The notes beneath the pieces were generated by a model, which did no database searches, was not told where the DNA came from, and saw nothing but the letters and a program-made list of their open reading frames with translations. DNA of 64,000 bases, taken from NCBI RefSeq assembly GCF_009914755.1, contig NC_060936.1; one strand, written 5' to 3'. Positions within the stretch are counted from its first letter, which is position 1. Every line of letters starts with the position of its first letter. The position numbers and the translations under genes were made by a program. Below, piece after piece: positions 54,761 through 64,000 of the stretch. This DNA comes from the human T2T-CHM13v2.0 reference genome, Homo sapiens.

Positions 54761-56963
54761 GAGGAAAAATGGGGACATTGTGGCTAGGCTGGAATGAGCC
54801 AGGGAAGTGAAATGAGATTTGAGAACTAAAGAGAACTAGATCATGTGGGCCAGAGGATTTGTTCCTGATCATCATGACCGTGAACTCAAACAATTAATAC
54901 TAGTAGTGTGAATTTTAGGCCTCTCTACTGGAGAACAGAGAAAATTGAGGGGTGGTGGGGACTGGTAAATACCACAGAGAGAATTGTCAGCCTCATTGCA
55001 AGGCCTTGATTTTTAATCTGAGTGAGATATAGGAAAACCATTGAAGAGTTTTGAGCAGAGGAGTGATATCATCATTTTACTGCATTTTAGTGATCTATTT
55101 TATTGAGAACATATTTTAGTGGAGTGAGACTGGAATCAGGAAGACCAAATAATAATATGTAAGTCAAAGTATTCAGTAAATTATAAATGATTCACATACC
55201 AATAATTACTCAAATATTGCAATAACTTCATCATTCTCTGTCATAGTTTAGTGCACCATTTCTGACAAGCTGCTTTATATATACTTACTTTTTTATAGAT
55301 AACAGTCTTTTGATAAAATACATTTTGCTAGAGAGGACTCTCAGAAGAATGTGGGGAATTTTGCTTGGTTATAGGTTGATCATTGAAGCCCAGTGGAATT
55401 TTGCCCAACTCTTTTATTATACATCCCTCAGTTTTATTGTCAGAAATAAAATGTTATGCTGAATGGTAAGAGCCTAAAATAATACAACATTCCTTTATAC
55501 AATGTACTTGGTCCCAACTTGATTGTGATGTCAGAAATAAACAATATTTAATCATTTTCCAAGGAGCTGGTCTCCCTTGAACCAGCCCCTTGCAGTCATT
55601 GTTCTCCTGACTGATGTTATCAGAGATCCTATGCAGGATCTAATTCCTACTCATGCCAGAGCAAGCCAGGAGAAGCTCTACCAACTCCTGGGAGCTACAA
55701 AGCGATAGGTTCCCAGAGTCTAAAACTATTGGAAATGATGTTTGTCTAAAATGGCCAGAGACAACTTTTATAAGCTTCCAGGAAGTGGAGAACCAGAAAA
55801 ACTGAGAAGAAAAAAAAAAAAAGCCAAAACACACAAGGTCAAGGGAGCTGAGAATCAAAGACTGTGATGACAGGCAAGGCTGTGGATATGGAGTGCACCC
55901 AAGAGTTCTCTTTCATAAGGGATTGATGATGTGCTTGGGGCGGGCTGGCCATTTGCACTAAGTGGTTCAAAAAACGTACAAAGTCCAACCCATGCCTAAG
56001 TGAGTGTTGTAGCTCATAGCGATTTAATTTGTTTTGCCACACTTGAAAGTGCAATACGATAGTGAGAGTATTAAGTCCCTTTGAAGGCGGGCAGGAAGAT
56101 TTTTTTGAAGGAAGTAAACACCATGTAAAGAATTGTCAGCCTCATCCACATTTCAAGTCAATTCTGCTGACATGAAAATGTTTTTCACAGGTCGAGTGTG
56201 CGGTTTCCATTTAGCACACAGGCCTTCCACCCGGGAAAGTCCAGCTTGGCAGTGGCATTTCCATCCATCTCACCAAGTTACCTATCCACTGCTGTGTGCT
56301 TTCAGCGTGATGTTTCTACAGCTGAGCATTATTTAGAAAATTATGTATGTTCATCTGTACTGAAGCAATAGTGACAGATTAACTACCTGACACACGTCAT
56401 CTTGAAATCTCAGGAGGAAATTACTGCCTACAACACACACACACGACCAGCTTTTAGAGTTTTGAGGTTTCAAAAAGTTCTATTAAATGGCTTCGGAATG
56501 TTTGAAATGTACAAAACATTTCCTAGGAATTTTTATATCAATGTTTTTCCTACAGAAATGTCTGTGAACTAGAATCGTTTTCTTCTATTCTCTATATATT
56601 CATTTGGTAAACATGAAACATGTATTCAAGTCTATACTTGATACTCAGCATTCAGATATTTATAACAATGAAAAACTGAAGTCCCTGTGCTCAAGGACTT
56701 CGATTTAGTGAGGGATAGAAGTATATGCAAGTAGTTACAATTCAAAAAGGCAAGCTGATCAGAGAAATACAAATAAAGCACTAGGAGTTAAAGAGAAGGA
56801 GGTCACTAACTGCCAGGGTCATTAGAGACCAACAGAGAAAATTATATATGATCTGGATCTTGATGGACTAAAAGGAATTTATGATGGGGGGAAGCAGAAA
56901 GAGTAACATTTTAGGCAGAAAGAATAAACCTGGAAGTATATAATCATGCTAAGACTTATATGC

Positions 56964-57312
56964 TGTATTAGTCCGTTTTCATGCTGCTGATAAAGACATA
57001 CCAGAGACTGGGAAGAAAAGGAGGTTTAATTGGACTTACAGTTCCACATGGCTGGGAAGACTTCAGAATCATGGCAGGAAGTGAAAGGCACTTCTTACAT
57101 GGTGGCAGCAAGAGAAAATGAGGAGGCAGCAAAAGCGGAAACCCCTGATAAACTCATCAGATCTCATGAGACTTATTCACTATCACGAGAATAGCACAAG
57201 AAAGACCAGCTCCCATGATTCAGTTACCTCCCCCTAGGTCCACAACACATGAGAATTCTGGGAGATACGATTCAAGTTGAGATTTGGGTGGGGACACAGC
57301 CAAATCATATCA
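56964..57312 (-). mobile_element. THE1B-like solo LTR
   Basis: TGTATTAGTCCGTTTTCATGCTGCTGATAAAGACATACC...GGGACACAGCCAAATCATATCA. Confidence 0.93.
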
Positions 57313-57707
57313 CAGGCCAGATTGAGGAAGTCTGCTTTTGATAGTCTCAATATCAAGCACCTAGCTAGTGATTAATTTTGGCCTGTTCTTTGTGGGTAAA
57401 AATGATGAGATAAGTTTATGTTCATGAAATTGATGGTGATAATAGTGATTAAAAATAGGATCTTTCTGTGGAACTTGGCCAACATGTCCATGTGGCTGTG
57501 CTAACCAATTATTTACTATTTTATCAACCTGCTTCCATTTTCCTATTTCTAAACCCCTTCAGTATACTTTGAGAAAGTACTATCATACATCATGACTGTT
57601 AGTAGAGCCTAGAAGATCAAAGATTTTCTCCTTTGACTATTCTAAATATAACAGTTCTTCTGAAATCAATTCATATATTCAACTTAATTCCTGCCAAAAT
57701 TTCAGTG

Positions 57708-57709
<2 letters not shown>

Positions 57710-57741
<32 letters not shown>
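57710..57741. repeat. (CA)n microsatellite within a degraded L1M
   Basis: Uninterrupted CA run. Confidence 0.9.
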
Positions 57742-57743
<2 letters not shown>

Positions 57744-59165
57744 CAAAATTGTTCTAAAGTAAATTCAGAAAATAATAGAGATGAGAAAATTACAAAAACT
57801 AGTGCAAATACTAAAATTTGCAGATATACTAACAGATCTAACATATTACAACATGTTATATAGCCTCTGAAATAAAAACGATTTGTTACTAGGCTAAAAA
57901 TAAAATCTGCAGCCCAGAAGTAGAACATATTACATATAGCACTATAGTTTCATAAAGGAGATGGCATTGGTCAATCAGAAACCTGAAGGTTTAGTCAGTA
58001 AGTGCTCTATGAGGGATCAGTTAGCAATTTACAAAGAAAAATTAATTTAGAGCCTCATCTCATTTCATAGGCCAAAATATATTTTAGATAAAGAAGTAAA
58101 CATTAAAAATTAAACAACAGAAACCAGTAAAAAAAGTGAAATAAATATTTATCAAATGTCTAGATTCAAAAGCACTTAGCTTAGAAATGATAAAAGGCTT
58201 AAGAGATAAAAATAAGATTGAGCCATATACAAATTTAAAACTTTAATATCTAAACTCTAAAAATCATAAGACAAGTATCAAATTGTGAAAATGGCTACAG
58301 AAAATACTAAAAGCATTAATAACTTTATTGTATTATGAGCTTGTATTAATGGACAAAAAAATAAGAAAAAAGGCGGAAATACAAATAAATACAAAATTAA
58401 CTACAAAGGGAAATTAAAAATAATTATGGTTTTTGATTATATAACTAATCAACAAACATACAAAACCTATATTCATTCTCAGTTGTAATGGAAATCCAAA
58501 ATAAAACAACATTAAGACACATTTTTTTTACTGGTATAAATAGTATTTTTCTAATTGATAATATTCAATGTAAATGCAAAGATGGTACAGTGTAGAGTTT
58601 CTGTTTGGATAATTGGGTGGTCATTACTTTTATCTTCTTGATTTTATTTTTTTAAATGTCTTTAATGGTGATTTTTTTTACTTTTATAATTAAAAAAATT
58701 AAAAGTGACAACATATATGTATAGTAATTAAGAAAAATATCTTCTCGAATTGGGGCGAATTTGTAATCCTATACACTGGGCCAACTGGCATCAGAACTTC
58801 CACGGACTGTTGTTAAAGAATCTGCTCAAAAACAGTGAGATTTTTCAGTGAAGAAGGCTTATTTCCATCTATCAGGATCTGCTGAGGCAGCAGAACAGAG
58901 AACTATCTGTTGTCAATCAGTTCAAAATACTTAATAACAAAATAGGTGTTATACAGCTATCATGAGTCAAAGGCAGAATTTTTTATAGAAAAGAACACAC
59001 TATAATGATTGAAACATGCATATTCAGCAGAGATTTACTCCACAGAATTCTAGGCAGCAGGATTAAAAAAAAAAACAGCATTGCTAAATTACTAAAAGCC
59101 TAGAGGTGAGTCGTGTGTGTGATAAGTGCTTCAGAAAACGTTATCATCTATTTTTCTTGTCTTTA

Positions 59166-59264
59166 CAAAGAAACTCTCTGACTTATGATGGTTTGACTTA
59201 TGATTTTTCAACTTTGCCATGAGTTTAACGGGACATAACCCCGTTGTAGATTGAGGAGCATCTG
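59166..59264. mobile_element. Internally deleted Tigger3-type (TcMar) DNA transposon relic
   Basis: Both termini resemble Tigger3 ends (GACTTATGATGGTTTGACTTATGATTTTTCAACTT; GGGACATAACCCCGTTGTAG...GAGGAGCATCTG); TA on both sides. Confidence 0.7.
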
Positions 59265-59910
59265 TACTTATAAAACACCTCCACCTCTACACAATTTGTT
59301 GTTGGTGGTAGTAGGGGCGGGGGCATGTTATGGGGGTGATTCTTGACAGCTCACTAATATCTATATGAAGGGGTGGATAGAATGATAAATGGTAGGTATG
59401 ATGTGCTGATCGGACAAAGGGCCAAAAAGTTCAGTAGAGGAGTTGGGAAGAGAAGTGTCATGAAAGGTGACAGAAAGACCCACATGCTTATTCCTTGGGC
59501 TAAAAACCATTAATGACTTTCCCTCTGTCCTCTCAGCTTACGTAAAACACATAAGATAAAATCAAGGTCCCTCTTTTAAAATTATTTCGCTGAACTGTTG
59601 AGTCAGCAACACTGCGTGAATTTGCATCTCTACTTTTGCAAGAGCTATTTATTTACAGAGCACTGTCTTGTGAAGATGTTTTGTGGGATGTATGACCATC
59701 AAATCACTGTAATCCTGATAATAACTAGAGTCAGGAGTATGAAAGTGGGAAGGTTGGCCCCTGGTTGTATTCTGACTGCTCAAATCAGTCCTGTAAAATT
59801 GAAATAAACCTACCTGAGCCAGCTCCTATCCACCTGATAGGATACAAAGAAGACTCACTGGCCTGTGGGTTCTTACGTACAAGCTGCTGTTTTTCCCCTC
59901 TACCGATCAT

Positions 59911-59920
59911 GGGAATTTCC
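59911..59920 (+). promoter_or_regulatory. Consensus NF-kB site
   Basis: GGGAATTTCC in unique sequence, near AP-1/MARE and E-box motifs. Confidence 0.5.
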
Positions 59921-60844
59921 AGTTCAGGAGTTTTGTTGGCATGCTGTCCTGGACAGAGTGAGAGCAGGAGGACCTGGCCACACACGTGCTTATATATCGC
60001 TTTCCTTTCTCCAGTTAGAGGTTGGAAAGGTGCTTATAGAATCACAAAAATAAAGAATAAGAATGAAACTAATTTGAACTTGGTTGTAAGAGGGTTTGTC
60101 ATTTACTATATCCTTCCTGTGTCTAACTCAGAGTTAAAAGAAACCACAACATTTCCCCCCAAAACTGATGAAGACTAAATAAAACACTAAACATGAAAAA
60201 TAATCAGAAAAAATAAGAGTTCATTAAGTGGCTTGATACAAAATAAATAAAAATTGATAGTTTTCCTCTATACTAGCAATAACCAGTTAGAAAACAAATA
60301 CAGAAATATTTGTTTCTATTCACCCACTCCTATTCACCCCAAAATAGGAGTGGGAGTATTGAAAACCCGTAAGAAAATTATACTGAAAGTAAGTAGAAAG
60401 ACATTTTTATAAAATGATCACTCCTCCCCCAAATTAATCAATATTTAATTCAACTTAAGTCTGATACGAATGTTTCTGGTTTTTTCAAACAGACTGAAGT
60501 TGTAACATTAATGTAAAAATTGGTATGGGAGATTGCCTGGAAACTTTTACAAAAAATAAAATTGAGAAAGGTAGAATTGGGTACTTGCTATGCAGCTCTT
60601 AAAACTGTCTGTAAAGGTACTGTGTTCAGTTAATCATGATGTCACTAAAAGAAGAGTCAAATCAATAGCATTCAGAAAAAGATTCATTTAACTATGGAAA
60701 CTGGATATATAGCAAAATTAACATGTTCAATTTAGTGGAGTAAATTCAGACTATTTCATAAATGATGTTAAGATTTTTGATCCATCTAGAAGAAAGCAAA
60801 ATTTAATTTCTACCTCACAACTAAATAAAAAGTTTCAACTGGGC

Positions 60845-60846
<2 letters not shown>

Positions 60847-60878
<32 letters not shown>
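60847..60878. repeat. (TG)n microsatellite
   Basis: About 16 TG units. Confidence 0.92.
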
Positions 60879-60880
<2 letters not shown>

Positions 60881-62039
60881 AAATTTGTTTTTTTCTTGTA
60901 TCTTGGCTTTTTAAGTAAGTCTATATATATCTAACTCCTTGTTTAATGGAATTTGTATGTAACAATAAATTTTGAATGCAACAATTTAACTATTTTTTTG
61001 ATGGACATCTGGCATGGTTCTAGTTTTTTAAGGACGCTTTCATAAAAGTACAATTACTGAAATAAAAAAAACTGAGCATTTAAAATTTACTAGTTGTTGC
61101 TATATTCCTGGCACAAAATTCTGGAAGAAATTTCTCATTTATTTATTAAGGGGTTATTCTCAGTTGATTCATGGATGTCTTAACTTGCTCACTACTGCGC
61201 TTGATCAGGATAACAAGCATTAACTGGGCACTTTCTTTGCTCCTGACAGTAAGCAAAGATCAGGAGCAGGAGGCATAGGAATGGTGGAGGGGTACAGTAG
61301 AAACTCCTTACCCTTATGCTATTTCAAAAAAAAGTAGGGAAAAGTGCAGATTTATAAGTACCAAATTGGGTGATAGTACCTATTACATGTGCTTTAAAAG
61401 AACCAGAGATAAAAAAAGATAAAAGATTTTTACAAGATAAAATTTGGCTATTTTCTACAACTGTATTCCCCCAAAATGATTATGACTCCAAATCCACTTT
61501 GAATATAATATTTAGGGTGATTATTATGAATATTAATGTCCCTAATAATTAACTGGATAAAATAAATTCTTCTGCACCATAAGAAAATTCAAAATACATG
61601 AATGGTCCCAGGACAAAGCTAATGAAAGGGAAGGAAGAAATGTAACCAACACTTATTTATTATGTACTTGTACTGTGTCCTAGGTGCTTTGATTACATTC
61701 TCTTCTATTTTGTCCACCTCTGGCATGACATGGAAGGACAATGTATTGCCAGGAATTCTCCAAAATGAAGGACAGTTTTAGGGGCAGGAGATTTTTTTTA
61801 AAAGAGCCAGCATCTATAGAGTTCCTGCTATATGCCAAATACTGTGCCAGAACCTTGAATCACACTGCTTCTGTTTCATACATGCTCAATCCTCTAAAGT
61901 GAGCTCAAAGATGCCTTCTAACCACATGCCAAAGTAGGGAGTTCTAAGAAGAGGACGAAGTCCTCAGGCACACAGTCTTAAGGGTTGAAAGTTTTTAAGT
62001 GAGGAGTAGAAGTTAAAAGAATGTGAAAATGAACCTTGG

Positions 62040-62385
62040 CTGACAGAAGCCACCTCACCCAGATATGCCAAGGAGATTACCCTCCCACCGGCACAACCAC
62101 CACCTGCCCCGCCACTTCCCAACAGCCAATGGCTGACTCATGAACACGGAAGTCCAGTCTGCTTCAAATCATGATAAGTCTGCTGTACTACTTATGCTCC
62201 AGAGTCCCCTATTGATCAGGCCAAGGCTAGACTTCATTAGAGGATATCCTCGTTTGGTAATTTGCACTTTCCTATGTCACTTCCCTTTTTCTGATATAGG
62301 TTTGGCCTGAAGAACACTTCCTCAATAAGTCCCTTGTCCTCAGTTTCTGACTTAGGCTCTGCTTCTGGATAACCCAACATAAAAT
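62040..62385 (+). mobile_element. LTR16-like (ERVL) solo LTR
   Basis: ACAGCCAATGGCTGACT...CTTATGCTCCAGAG...GGCTAGACTT...CACTTCCTCAATAAGTC...AGGCTCTGCTTCTGGATAACCCAAC. Confidence 0.7.
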
Positions 62386-63220
62386 GAAGAAAATTTGAGT
62401 TCCTGGCCATACTTCTGGTTATCACACCTAATGATTTCTGATCTTCACAATGACTCTTCGAGGTAGGGATTACTAATCCCATTTTATGAATTATTACCTT
62501 AATAATAATTCAGGTACACTGAGCCAGATTCAGCGAAAAAGGTAGGGTGCAGAAAGATAGTTCAGATAGATACTGAACTGCTTCAGTGGTTCCTATGGAG
62601 GAACTGATCAAGGCTGCCTTCAGCAGGAAGGTACTTGGCGACCCAACTCCAGGGCCCTAGGCTCTAACTTCTCACAAACCAGTTCCTTCAGAGGGAAGGC
62701 AGAGGTGAGAGGACAGAAGCTGTATCTTTTCTCAATCCATGTTACATGGTCACTCTTCTAAACCTTTGAAAATTAATCTTAGTCATTTCCGATGTCTGGC
62801 AGGTGGAATATGTTAAATATGTTTTCAAATTAACATATACCTAAGGAGTCCAGGGTCTAGATCGCAGTGCAGTTTCTCTCGGTTTGGAGTCTTCATTATT
62901 TGTCTGTTTCCCTGGAGCTAGGATTCATCCCTGTAGTGAGCCTTCTGACTGCAGCTGATAGCATTCCTCTACCACACCTTCCGATGGGGTGGTTCAGGAC
63001 CAAGAGTAGATTCATAAATACACAAGCCTGGACATCTGAATGAGTTGGGACTTTCTGGATCAATCATCCAGCCTTGAGGTAAGCTTTCAAGTGACTAACA
63101 AACATGGCAAGCATGTGCTGCATAGGAACCTACTGACCAGATGGAAGAAAACTTAATTGAATACAGAGTCCATTTTCAAAGTTTAGAATATGGTGTGTTG
63201 AGATACGTTTGTTAGTTTTC

Positions 63221-64000
<780 letters not shown>

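Larger units (their letters stand above)
52790..55150 (-). mobile_element. L2 split by L1M, which is itself split by MSTA; includes a (CA)n at ~52916-52960
   Basis: The L2 3' end GAGCACCTACTATGTGCTGGGCACTG runs to ~53195 and resumes at ~54770. Confidence 0.7.

Overview
Primate (very probably human) AT-rich genomic DNA, about half interspersed repeats, with no intact protein-coding gene, RNA gene or CRISPR array. I identify it from memory as chr12q15, the 5' part of the Th1/NK lncRNA IFNG-AS1 (NeST/TMEVPG1); BLAT would confirm this. The lncRNA is on the + strand with four GT-AG exons at ~16940-17091, 23453-23585, 33602-33658 and 47371-~48820 (AATAAA at 48799). The window opens with the 5' ~5 kb of a decayed older L1PA on the - strand and ends inside a processed HNRNPA1 pseudogene (~63221-64000+). 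The remainder is Alu, MaLR/ERVL LTRs, old L1, L2, MIR, DNA-transposon relics and microsatellites. I found no evidence for a wholly new multi-gene system. The best leads are: (1) a 91-codon ORF with a strong Kozak context that exists only after exon 3-exon 4 splicing; (2) a perfect 29-bp inverted repeat 1.8 kb apart in intron 3, with fold-back scars nearby; (3) a CATG-rich hairpin module in the last exon; (4) tandem CTCF-like motifs in intron 2; (5) an internal GTAAGT donor that makes the last exon composite; (6) a local ~210-bp duplication of an Alu-LTR junction; (7) an L1 ORF0 relic; (8) an open RRM2 frame in the retrocopy downstream of a motif-rich LTR16. Repeat subfamily names and old-repeat boundaries were called by eye and are approximate.
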